DNA from: a virus
Direction: 5' to 3' (one strand)
Length of the DNA: 64,000 nt
IMG/VR virus record: IMGVR_UViG_3300013111_000325
Span: 52,898 to 116,897 of that record
Positions 31,009 through 40,959 of the stretch are shown here, piece by piece. The position numbers and the translations under genes were made by a program. Below the pieces are notes generated by a model, which saw only the letters and a list, made by a program, of their open reading frames with translations, was not told the DNA's origin and searched no databases. The first letter of the stretch is position 1. Each line of letters begins with the position of its first letter.

Positions 31009-32059
31009 AAAACAAACATTAGAGAGTTATAATGGCAATGTAAAAGAAATATCAGATAGAGCAATAATTGTCGGTTGTCATTGTGACACAGACTACAAAA
31101 TGAAATTAACAACCGAATTATTGATTAGGATAAGAGGTAAATTTAAAGATGGTATATTTCTTGTAGTGGCATCTCATTTACCAGTAACTGAAGAAATTCA
31201 AGAATTGTGTGATTATTTTGTATACAATAAAAATAATCCAGTTATAAATCTTGACATTACAACTCCTATTACAGTAAAGAGTGAAATGTTAAATGAGTTG
31301 TGGAGAGCAAATGGTGTTCTTGAACGAGTCAAGACGTTGAGAAAAAACCATTCATATGCCCATCATTTGCTTATAAGAGATGCTTTTCATATTTGCATGA
31401 GCAATAACGTATCCTTTGTACATTATATGAATTATGATTCACCTGAAAAATGTTTATCAGAAATTGATTGGCATCTTACAAAATTAGATGTATATGATGG
31501 TGTATTTTATGATTATCATCATAAACAATATTATAATACAGAATTCTTCTCTATGACTACAAGGGCGTATGATAAGTTTCTGTCACATATTATATCATAT
31601 GAGCAGTGGGAATCTTATGAAACTTTTGATACAGAGGTTAATTATAGTAAATTTTTGAAAACTGCTAATATATTTTGTGAAGACATTTTTGAGCCAGATG
31701 TGTCCGACATAATCGGCAGTGTGAGTTTCGGTAGTGAAGTCAATAGTAAAGGAACTCCTGACATACTTAAAAATATTGTGGGTAATTTCACTGTAATTCC
31801 TTATGAGAGGGATGGTAAAATAGTAATCAACAATTCCTATACAGGTTATAATGATCCAAAACACGAGAAACACATCAAATGGGAGTCTTTTGATAAAGAC
31901 ATGAAACAAATAAATTTTCTCGATGCAGTTGTATCCAAAAATAATTGGGTTGATTATATTTGCCCTGAGAATTGTAAATATGTCAAAATATACATAGATT
32001 TAGAATTAAAATCTTTTTTCGACATCACAAATAAAAAAAATATAGGTCAAATTGTCTAA
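30992..32059 (+). CDS. paralog 3 of the tandem triplet
   Basis: VGCHC, SHLP, NHSYAHH, HYMNYD and TEFFS. Confidence 0.55.
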   Translation: MVGYSRKQTLESYNGNVKEISDRAIIVGCHCDTDYKMKLTTELLIRIRGKFKDGIFLVVASHLPVTEEIQELCDYFVYNKNNPVINLDITTPITVKSEMLNELWRANGVLERVKTLRKNHSYAHHLLIRDAFHICMSNNVSFVHYMNYDSPEKCLSEIDWHLTKLDVYDGVFYDYHHKQYYNTEFFSMTTRAYDKFLSHIISYEQWESYETFDTEVNYSKFLKTANIFCEDIFEPDVSDIIGSVSFGSEVNSKGTPDILKNIVGNFTVIPYERDGKIVINNSYTGYNDPKHEKHIKWESFDKDMKQINFLDAVVSKNNWVDYICPENCKYVKIYIDLELKSFFDITNKKNIGQIV

Positions 32060-32293
32060 AATAATAGAACTTTCATTTGATATTGAAAATGATGAATTGA
32101 TAGCCACAGACGGTGAATTTGAGGGTAGATTTAACGTTTTTCAATTACGTGAGGTACGTGAATTGTTCCAACGTTATGATGAAGCGAATTTTAATCATGA
32201 TGAAGATGAAGAGTTGAATGCTTTTCACAATTTTGCCGATAGAATGGCACAAAACTCTCCTGAAGCATTAGAGGTAATATCACCATATCTTAA

Positions 32294-33043
32294 TTGATGA
32301 AACTCTTAATAACGGGTGTCAAAGGATTTATAGGATATCATTTCTATAATCTAATGGCACACGACTCCACCTACAATCCAAGAAAAATATATGGTATAGA
32401 CAATTGTTCAGGATTAGCATGTGATGAACGTGATGTCCCATACACCTATGGTGATCTTATGGGTTGTGAATTACCTGAAGATGTGACACATGTTATACAT
32501 TTAGCAGGCCGTACCAGTGTAAGAGCCAGTTGGGTGCCAGAGAATATAAGACAATTTTATAGAGACAATTTTCTCGTAAGTGAGAGATTATTTGATTTCT
32601 ATAAAGACAAACCTGTAAAAATATTATATGCTACAAGTTCGTCTGTACTTGAGATGAAAAGCCCATATGCTATGACAAAGAAACTGGTTGAGCATATTGC
32701 ACCACCCAATGCTATTGGTATGAGATTCTTTACAGTATTTGGTGAGAAGGGAAGACCTGATATGCTTTATCGTATGGCACTAGAAGGTAATGTTCGCCAT
32801 ATGACTACAAATAAGAGAGATTTCACTCCAGTAGAACATGTTGTAAGATGCATTAGAACTTTACTCAATAAAGGCAACATGGGAGAGTTTTATGAGATTG
32901 GCACAGGTGAATCAAGAACACCCAAAGAATTTTTACAGAGACAGTCAATTAAAGTTCCACAAGTAGCATATATCAGAAAATTTGATGAGAGTCTAAATAC
33001 TTGTGCTAACGTATCAAAGATGGAGGCTTTGTTAAAGCAATGA
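32294..33043 (+). CDS. NAD-dependent sugar epimerase/dehydratase
   Basis: ITGVKGFIG, HLAG, YAMTK and RFFTVFG..GRPDM. Confidence 0.88.
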   Translation: MMKLLITGVKGFIGYHFYNLMAHDSTYNPRKIYGIDNCSGLACDERDVPYTYGDLMGCELPEDVTHVIHLAGRTSVRASWVPENIRQFYRDNFLVSERLFDFYKDKPVKILYATSSSVLEMKSPYAMTKKLVEHIAPPNAIGMRFFTVFGEKGRPDMLYRMALEGNVRHMTTNKRDFTPVEHVVRCIRTLLNKGNMGEFYEIGTGESRTPKEFLQRQSIKVPQVAYIRKFDESLNTCANVSKMEALLKQ

Positions 33044-34227
33044 TAGATTGGATTCAAAAAAACTTACAGATATTGACAAATAAGAATAAAAATGTTATAA
33101 TTTATCCCGATACTCTTGAAAAACGTAATCGTAGATTAGAAGACACAACCACAGACCCTATTCTAGAGAAATTACATGCCGAAGCAGGACGAGATAGACT
33201 TTTATCTGGAAACGATCAAAAATCTTCAGAATGAATTGTTTAGATGTGAAACACTGAATGATCGTAAAATAGTTCGTGATGATATCTACAAATATAAACA
33301 AAAAGTAAACGAACTTGTAAAGCAATTAGATGAAAACAATATGTTTACAGATTTTTCTAATTAGTTTTATTATTACGGGATGTGTCAGCAAAGCAACTTG
33401 TTGGAAGATAATAAATGGCGGTCAATGCGTACCCATTCAATCATATGAAGAATGGAACAAATGTGTTATGCCATGCGAAAACATAATTATAAGAAGTAAG
33501 ACAAAACCATACAAACCCGTTGACTGGATTAGACCGAGACCCTATGCATATCCATGAATATTCAATAGAAACACTTTATCACATGAAATGTGGTAAATGT
33601 CACAATTGGTGGAGTTATGCTCACACTCCTGACCTCACTTATATAACTAACCACGACCCAAGATCATTTGCACAGAATAGAAAAATGCATTGCCCGCATT
33701 GTAGTGCAGAAGGTGAATTGAAAGAAATACAATACGGTGAGAAATGAATATCTGGGTAGAATTTTACAAATATTCTGACAACAGAAAAAACACCCATGCA
33801 CAAATGAAAGAGCAGGCTAAATGGTTGCCACCTGATCCCAGTATAATACGAAAAAGATTTTTTGATAAGATGAGTGATGCAAAAGTATTTGCTAAACGTA
33901 TGGAGGAAGATGATTATATGGTATCAATAAAAAGAGATGGGAGTTTACTATGAGATACATTGGTCCAAATAAGTTCATATCATATATAAATTCGAATAAT
34001 ACTGATGAAGACAAACATATGTGGATGTCTGCCGATCAATATAGTGAAGCGGTAAAAATCATGTTGAAGAATGAAAAGAGGCCACCAACATATGTTGGAG
34101 AATTAGAAAAATTAAATAAAAGGAGATATTTAAGTGTTATCGATGGAGGTAAGATCAAGAGAGATAATCAGAAAGATAATTGATAAAGAATTAGATTTAT
34201 CATGGAAGAATTTAGAAAAACAACAAT

Positions 34228-35460
34228 ATGAAAAACAATATGAAAAATTTAAATCTAGAAACATACCCTACAGGAAGAAGCCCGAAAGGTAAGTTCTATT
34301 TTGGTGAACGAGCATTATTGTTATGTAAAGAAAGACCAAAAGATTGTCAAATAGGATTTGAATCTGAATTTGATAGATTATATGATGACCTGTTTTCTTG
34401 TCATTATGAATACAAAAGTATGTTCAGAACATGTGGTATTGATTTCAATGTAGCAACGACAAGCGAATCCCACCACAGATTTGTCGGTAATATGTTCGGA
34501 CAAATCACAGTCAAATCACTATCAGCAATATCAGATGATTGGATTATATTTCACAACATGGAATATGAATCAGAACCAAAGGTCTATATACATCTCGATA
34601 GAAAGATAGTATTGATTGTTGGCACGAGTTTTCTTGGTGAGATCAAGAAGGGTGTGTTTTCAATTATAGGGTTTGAGATACCGCAGAAAAGCATGTTGCC
34701 AATGCATTGTTCAGCATTTGAATATCAAGATAATACTGCATTGATGTTTGGATTGAGTGGAACGGGTAAGACAACCTTGAGTGCAGACCCAGAATATGCG
34801 TTGATTGGTGACGATGAAATAGCATGGAGTGAGTTTGGATTAACTAATATTGAAACAGGATGCTATGCAAAGACTGATGGGCTAGATCGTGAGACACAAC
34901 CCACAATATTTGATGCTATGGAGAGTGCAAGTAAAGACGGTGTTCTCATTGAAGAGAATAAGGGTGTGCCAAACGCAAGAGCAAGTTATCCCATAAGATA
35001 TGTCAAAGGTGAGATTACATGCCATGCATTATTCAAGCATCCAAAGCATATATTCTTTCTATCACTTGATGCGACTGGTACACTGCCTGCAATATCAAAA
35101 GTAGAAGGTAAGACGATAAGAACTCTATTTGAGACAGGTTATACAAGTAAAATGCCTGGTACAGAGGATGGAGTGAATGAAATACAGAAGGTTTATTCAC
35201 CGTGCTTTGGTAGCCCTTTTATGCCATTGCCCGTGAATGTATATAGTGATATGTTAATGGACAGAGTAATTGAAGAGAATAGCAATGTATATTTGGTCAA
35301 TACCGGCATGAATAAAAGTGGAGAGAGATTTCCATTAAGTGAGACACGAGAAGCAATCAAAAAAGTATTGAATTATGATGTAGAAACTCGTGAGATTGAG
35401 TGGACTAATCCATCTCAACCTTGTAAATTGGGTACAATTAAATTAAATGAAATTATTTAA
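34228..35460 (+). CDS. pckA: phosphoenolpyruvate carboxykinase (ATP), compact form
   Basis: TGRSPK, GEIKKG, MHCSA, FGLSGTGKTTLS, IGDDE, GCYAK and SPCFGSPF. Confidence 0.9.
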   Translation: MKNNMKNLNLETYPTGRSPKGKFYFGERALLLCKERPKDCQIGFESEFDRLYDDLFSCHYEYKSMFRTCGIDFNVATTSESHHRFVGNMFGQITVKSLSAISDDWIIFHNMEYESEPKVYIHLDRKIVLIVGTSFLGEIKKGVFSIIGFEIPQKSMLPMHCSAFEYQDNTALMFGLSGTGKTTLSADPEYALIGDDEIAWSEFGLTNIETGCYAKTDGLDRETQPTIFDAMESASKDGVLIEENKGVPNARASYPIRYVKGEITCHALFKHPKHIFFLSLDATGTLPAISKVEGKTIRTLFETGYTSKMPGTEDGVNEIQKVYSPCFGSPFMPLPVNVYSDMLMDRVIEENSNVYLVNTGMNKSGERFPLSETREAIKKVLNYDVETREIEWTNPSQPCKLGTIKLNEII

Positions 35461-35482
35461 GTCATTTATATAGGAGAGAAGA

Positions 35483-36016
35483 ATGGCTATTTCAAATGCC
35501 GCCTTTTGGATCAATCCAGACGGGCAGATTCATAGAGTGGCAATAAATCATATTAAGGATGTAATTGGATACCCCAATAAATTTGGTTTGTCCTTACAAG
35601 ATATTCAAAAGGTATTTGATAAACATAATGAACCTTTGGGCCATGAGGGAAAAGCAAGAGATGAAATTTTATTGAATTTATTTAAACGAAACTTTATTCG
35701 TATCCGAAAATATAAAAATATGGGGTATTTTGTTAATGTTAGAAAGTTAACAGATAGTGCTAAAAGTTTCTTATACAAATGGGCGACTAAACTTTTAGGA
35801 GTAGGCATAGAGGGAGTGAAGGATTTTGCTACTACACCAGTTTTATTTGATGTAGAAAATACTAGACAAGACTCTATGACCCTAGGAGAAATTCAAAAAG
35901 ATAGTATGTTTAAAGAATCTAAACAATATGAACTTGTAGAGTGTCATGTTTCAGAATGGAAAGATCGTGAAGTAAAAAGGATAATAGAACTAAGAACATT
36001 TAAATCTTTTATTTAA
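35483..36016 (+). CDS. hypothetical protein (W..P.G…H motif)
   Basis: AGGAG RBS; FWINPDG…H. Confidence 0.6.
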   Translation: MAISNAAFWINPDGQIHRVAINHIKDVIGYPNKFGLSLQDIQKVFDKHNEPLGHEGKARDEILLNLFKRNFIRIRKYKNMGYFVNVRKLTDSAKSFLYKWATKLLGVGIEGVKDFATTPVLFDVENTRQDSMTLGEIQKDSMFKESKQYELVECHVSEWKDREVKRIIELRTFKSFI

Positions 36017-36029
36017 TTAAAACAGACGA

Positions 36030-36311
36030 ATGGAAACGAAATTCTCAAACCTTCAACCTGGTGACACTGGTAATGTAGTCGGATTCACCGAGGGTAGCAC
36101 ATCTTATCGAAGCAAATTGTTGGCGATGGGGATTGTTCCAGGCACCTCTTTCCATGTGATCCGCAAGGCCCCATTGGGAGATCCTGTTGAAATTCGGGTC
36201 AACGGCTTTAACCTTTGCCTTCGTCAAAAAGAGGCGGAAATGTTGAGGGTGGAAAAGGAACATTTTGATTGTGAAGGATTTAAATCCTTCATGGATGAGA
36301 GCCTTATATAA
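36030..36311 (+). CDS. feoA: ferrous iron transport protein A
   Basis: KLLAMGIVPG, APLGDPVEI and LRQKEA. Confidence 0.9.
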   Translation: METKFSNLQPGDTGNVVGFTEGSTSYRSKLLAMGIVPGTSFHVIRKAPLGDPVEIRVNGFNLCLRQKEAEMLRVEKEHFDCEGFKSFMDESLI

Positions 36312-36448
36312 AGATGAAAATTAGAATTCCAGATTGGGAAGAGATAATAGCATTTTTATTTGCATGGGGATATATTATAGGAGCATCTCCAATAATAATA
36401 GGATTTATTGGAGCCTGGTATTTTAATAGATAATTCATAGGAGATATT

Positions 36449-36949
36449 ATGAAAAAAGTCAGATTACAAATAACAAACGCACATAAAAAATCATTTGTTG
36501 AAGTCTGTACATGGTCGACAAAACTTGAAGACATTCTTGAAAATCTTGATAAGGATGATGAAAATCATCAATTGATTAAAGAGAATATAAGACTAAACGA
36601 AAAAGATCAATGGTTGGTTATGTACGAAGAAGTCGGCTGGAGATGGGGTTCGGGTTCTGTAGTAATGACTAAAGAAGAATATGATGAATACGATTTTGAT
36701 GCCGAAGATGGAGAGCATTCATTCTATGACTTTGAAGAGGCTGAATTCTATGAATCAAGTGACGGGTGTTGGACTGAAATAACATTCCCCAATTTACGTA
36801 ATGATGTAGAAGATATTGATGAAGACATTCTCTATGAATTGATGAGAGATTACGGTGACGTAGAAGAATGTGAAATCACAATCTACGGGCCACTTGAACA
36901 TGAAATTGAGGAAGAATGGGATGAAGAAGAATTTGAGAAAGAAGAATAG
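36449..36949 (+). CDS. acidic hypothetical protein
   Basis: AGGAG RBS; ORF. Confidence 0.6.
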   Translation: MKKVRLQITNAHKKSFVEVCTWSTKLEDILENLDKDDENHQLIKENIRLNEKDQWLVMYEEVGWRWGSGSVVMTKEEYDEYDFDAEDGEHSFYDFEEAEFYESSDGCWTEITFPNLRNDVEDIDEDILYELMRDYGDVEECEITIYGPLEHEIEEEWDEEEFEKEE

Positions 36950-37357
36950 TTCCGATAAATTAATTATTAGTAAATTGAGATCCAAAAATAAGATACAAAA
37001 TCGTAGAATTGAAGCATTAGAGAACCGAGTACAAAACCTTGTTGGCAGGATTAACGAACTAGAACATATGTTATTTCAATATGAGGTTGAAGAGGCTTGT
37101 TTTCGCATGACACCCAAGCATCTACAATTGGATAAGACATTCTAATGAATTACGAAAAAGCCAGGAGATTGATTGACAACAGAATATGGACACGAGATGA
37201 ACTCAAAAAACTCCGAGGAAAAACCGCAAGAGCCAGAAGCAGAAGCATTTCCGATACCCTCAAACAAGTACACACCCCCTGGCATAAAAGATTCACTCCG
37301 AACTCTGTACACCACTCTGGAACAATTCTATTTGACCTCACATAGGATAAAGAACCC

Positions 37358-38077
37358 ATGAACGTATACATTGCCGCACCGTTCGGAAATTACATTCATA
37401 GAAGCGGTATATCAAGCATTATGGGTACTTTTACACTCAAGCAACGACCAGGGTTGATATTACAACTGATAAAAACTCTCAGGTATTCTTTTATCGACAA
37501 AGCATGGTACAATGCTCTGGGCTTACGTAATCCTGGTATATTGGAAGGATTACATAGATATGATAAAAATAGCAGAGAACGCCTTATCAGTATCGCCGCT
37601 ATAGAACCGTCCGACTGGCAATCTCTTCACGATATCATTCCATTCCATATTCCGCTAGAAATTAATATATCATGTCCAAACATTTCAAAGTTTATTCATT
37701 ACGTCAAAGATATACACATATTCGCAAATCGCAATCCCATCATCAAACTGCCTCCCGAAATTCTAGATCGAGAATTAAAAGAGATATACGACATGGGTTT
37801 CCGTAGATTTCATTCATGTAATACACTCAAAACTTCCAAAGGTGCCAGAAGCGGATCCATTCTGAGAAATTTCGTTACGAATCAAATCAGAACATTAAAA
37901 GAGATGGACGAGACCAATACCTGCATTGCGGGCGGAGGGATCACAGAAATTTTTGACATTCACTATTATCAATCTATAGGAGCCGATGCTTATTCACTAG
38001 GCTCCGTATGTTTTCATCCAATTAAGTTTAAAAAATTGATGAATGAAATAGCCCAACTCAAAAGGAAAGGTAATTGA
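37358..38077 (+). CDS. dihydroorotate dehydrogenase-like FMN TIM-barrel protein
   Basis: NALGLRNPG, EINISCPN, NT, SG and IAGGGI. Confidence 0.75.
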   Translation: MNVYIAAPFGNYIHRSGISSIMGTFTLKQRPGLILQLIKTLRYSFIDKAWYNALGLRNPGILEGLHRYDKNSRERLISIAAIEPSDWQSLHDIIPFHIPLEINISCPNISKFIHYVKDIHIFANRNPIIKLPPEILDRELKEIYDMGFRRFHSCNTLKTSKGARSGSILRNFVTNQIRTLKEMDETNTCIAGGGITEIFDIHYYQSIGADAYSLGSVCFHPIKFKKLMNEIAQLKRKGN

Positions 38078-39006
38078 GAAAACGTATAATATGGAAGAAT
38101 CGTCCTGGTGTCAATGGATATGGTGATGTATTAAATTGCAAAAAAACACTTAATCAAAGGCTCATTATGAATAAAAAAGATACATTAATAACACAAGAAG
38201 AACTTCAATCAGAACTTTCCAAAATGCAAAAAAGACTTGAAAAGTTAGAAGCATTTCGTGAAAGGACATCCATCATTGGTCGTGAAATCGGTAAGGCACG
38301 AATAGAAATTGAAGCAGAAGAAATCATAGGTAATTCATCATATGGATTATCCAATGCATCTCGCACACGTAGAGTAACTAATTCAAGATTTATCAAAGTA
38401 AAAATTGAAGGTAAGACAGTTGTTCTTGCAACCGATTCAAAACAAAATGTAACTGTTTGTGTAGGTCCCAACGTGAATATACGTACAATAGATGTTAATA
38501 CTGACACCAAAATGGAAGACATAGAACAATATCTGTCTCATTTTGATTTGGTGTAGTGAAACTTCGTAACTTCATGATTTGCACCAATTGTTACGAAAGT
38601 TTCTCACAAGACGCCATAGAAGTAGGAGAATTGTTTCACTGTTCTCCGGAGACCTCTGTGGTTTGCTCTGAGAAATGTAAAGAAGAAATAAGAGAGAAAG
38701 TAGCAAATGGTACTTGGAAGGATTATTATGTACGGTTTCCTGTGCGTGTTTCTGAGAAATGAACAATGCTTAGGCGTCAGTAAGTCTAAAAGGGTCGCAA
38801 CCTTGAGCAACAGAGTGTTCTGAGTACGCCTAAGCATTTTGAAATGGTAGTGAAACATCGTATTAGAAAACTTTGAGCGTTTCTTTGACAATTCTTAGGC
38901 GGACTTTGAATAATCAAACCCGTGTATATTCAAATATTCAAATATTAAAAAAGAGGTTTTTTAATGTATCTCCTGTGTATTCTCTCTCACGAGTGATCGG
39001 TTCAAA

Positions 39007-39212
39007 TGCAATGCAAAGAGTGTGCAAAGTGTATGCTGAGAACGTAAATAAATGTTTATGCAAGTTACTGTATATACGAATATGCAAATACTTGTATATA
39101 CTCAGAGAAAATGTGAGAAACTTTCAGAAAATGCAAGTATCGTGCAAAGTATGCAATCCAAGAGTTACACTACTAGAAATGCATACTTAGAGTGCAATGC
39201 AAGAAGTGTGCT
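39007..39212. repeat. cluster of TGCA(A) motifs in intergenic DNA
   Basis: TGCA at 39007, 39012, 39023, 39059, 39083, 39132, 39143, 39152, 39180, 39193 and 39198. Confidence 0.65.
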
Positions 39213-39233
39213 AGAAAACACTCAGAGGAAAAC

Positions 39234-39262
39234 TTGACAAACGCTTGACAACGTGTTATACT
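39234..39262 (+). promoter_or_regulatory. sigma70-type promoter
   Basis: TTGACA-17-TATACT with TGn. Confidence 0.6.
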
Positions 39263-39431
39263 ACGTATGTAGCCGGTTGATGAATTTGTGTATCTTATAT
39301 CCTCTTATAAGTAACTCAAAGATATTTGTGTCTCTTTAATCGACTTCTAAGTAACTCAACTTGTGCTTCTCTGAGAAACATAAGAGGTAGTCAAATTATG
39401 TGACCACCTCAAAAAAACTTCAAAAAAACTC

Positions 39432-39490
39432 TTGACAATCCTTTAGAATTTGCTATACTAATAATGTGAGTTGATGATTAACCTTTTCCC
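39432..39490 (+). promoter_or_regulatory. repeated early promoter with conserved leader
   Basis: A-tract, TTGACA-16-TATACT, then GTGAGTTGATGATTAACCTT. Confidence 0.85.
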
Positions 39491-39707
39491 CAATGAGGAA
39501 AGATGAGTGAAATCAGAAAAGAGACAGTAGAAGAGTTCTTGGCCAGAGGGGGTCGAGTTGAGCGAACTGAGGCAGTTCTTGGTGCGAAGTCACTGAACAT
39601 GTTTTCAAAATACTCTGCGAACTACCGAGGAGGACACGGTAAGACTCGTATGGGAAAGAATGGTTCTGGTAAGGCACGTATGTCTGAATCATATTGGAGT
39701 GTATAAT

Positions 39708-40062
39708 GGCGTTTGCTGATAGTTCTACATACTTTAATGTAGGTGACAGTTCAATCATTGGTTCCTTTGAGAATAAAGAAACTGGTAAATTCTTTGAGTA
39801 TTCTGAAGGTAAAGAAGAGGATTGGGGAACCTATGCTGATTATGGGCTGAGGAATGAGTATGTTCATCGAGTTTGGGTAACTACTCCTTGGAAAATGGAT
39901 AGAGGTTTTCGTATGGCAAAGGTTCTGAAAACTGTTGCCTATATTCTTCTTGATGAAGATGACTACGGAGAGCCTGTGATAGAGAAATGGAAAATCAAAA
40001 AACATAAAGTCTACGATAGAGAGAAGAAACACTACTGGTCAGACTATGATTTAACTTCCTAA
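39708..40062 (+). CDS. early hypothetical protein
   Basis: ORF downstream of an early promoter; GGAG RBS; start approximate. Confidence 0.55.
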
Positions 40063-40080
40063 AAAACTTTAAAAAAATAC

Positions 40081-40120
40081 TTGACATTCCTTTAGAATTT
40101 GCTATACTAATAATGTGAGT
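40081..40120 (+). promoter_or_regulatory. repeated early promoter (near-identical to the 39432 copy)
   Basis: TTGACATTCCTTTAGAATTTGCTATACTAATAATGTGAGT. Confidence 0.85.
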
Positions 40121-40705
40121 GAGAGAGAGAAGAGAAATTCTCCTCTGTCAATGAAGACAGTGAACCTCTCATCGGTTAGCCTTCTGTAAACGAGCCCATG
40201 CTAAGGACTATTTCCTGTTTGGGTCTGAGGGGTTACTGAGAAAATCATAATGAGACAATACGAGATATGTGATTAAGAGATGGTCACGGCCCATATTGGG
40301 TAGCAGTGACACGCACATATCTCGTATTCCTCAAGAAAGGCTGATGTCTCTCTGAGGCCCTAAAGTGGTCTAGACGAAATATCAGAGAGACGGCCGAACA
40401 CCTCTATTAGGAATTGCTCAATGAGTATTGTTGACCAACTGACAATAGAGAGTTGTGGGACTGCTCTCCCCTAGTCACCTACAAAGGTTCGTAATGATGC
40501 GAGGTAGACGGCTGATGTGACGGGGAACGACAAATAAGAACACATGTGCATAAGACACATGGCAGGTTCAGTATGCACCTGTGTCCCAAGAAAATACGAA
40601 AGGTAGCCGAAGAAAAAAGCGGTAAGAGTTTTTCGCAAAGGTTCTCTGAAACAAAACCTATGCAGACTGAGCGGTGGCAGTCTTGGTGGGCCACCGTTGT
40701 TCTTT
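40115..40705 (+). ncRNA. candidate large structured non-coding RNA
   Basis: Strong promoter, no credible ORF and GC content higher than the flanks. Long stems: AATACGAGATATGTG/CACATATCTCGTATT, GTCTCTCTGA/TCAGAGAGAC, CATGTG/CACATG. It ends in the GCGGTGGC/GCCACCGT hairpin plus a U-run. Confidence 0.6.
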
Positions 40706-40745
40706 TTCTCTTGACTTTTGTTGTGTTATATGACACAATGAAACT

Positions 40746-40902
40746 GAAGATAAGAGAGGACATGATAACCCTCTTGACCTCTTCCTCGTGCTAACGATTG
40801 GCAGTTAGCGGTTGAAAGAGACTTATCACCTCTGACAACAACGAGTAAAGACACGCAACAGTGTCAAGACCCCAGGTCGGTTCGACTCCGGTCCTGGGGA
40901 TT
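40746..40902 (+). ncRNA. candidate structured RNA ending in a T-loop hairpin
   Basis: Nested stems and the terminal CCCCAGG-TCGG-TTCGACT-CCGG-T-CCTGGGG. Confidence 0.5.
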
Positions 40903-40921
40903 GCTATATGTACTGACATGC

Positions 40922-40959
40922 TTGACAATTGAAAAAACCATGCTATAATATATAAATAA
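40922..40959 (+). promoter_or_regulatory. early promoter with adjacent late promoter
   Basis: TTGACA-16-TATAAT followed by TATAAATA. Confidence 0.7.

Noticed and set aside
38873-39237. ORFs 38873..39190 and 39052..39237
   Set aside because: There is no RBS, and their Cys/Gln-rich sequence is a by-product of the TGCA repeats.
39007-39360. CRISPR array
   Set aside because: The repeats are only 4-12 nt and irregularly spaced, with no repeat-spacer periodicity and no cas genes.
40338-40400. Hammerhead ribozyme (CTGATG…CGAAA)
   Set aside because: The core would need CUGAnGA. The sequence is CTGATGTC and those bases are tied up in another stem.
40115-40705. Group I/II intron or RNase P RNA
   Set aside because: It interrupts no gene, and I could not find domain V, the P7 core or the RNase P P4 consensus by eye. 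A covariance search is still needed.
40860-40902. tRNA or tmRNA suggested by GGTTCGACTCC
   Set aside because: There is no acceptor stem, D arm or anticodon arm, no CCA, and no tmRNA-type ends. The T-loop sits in a simple long hairpin.
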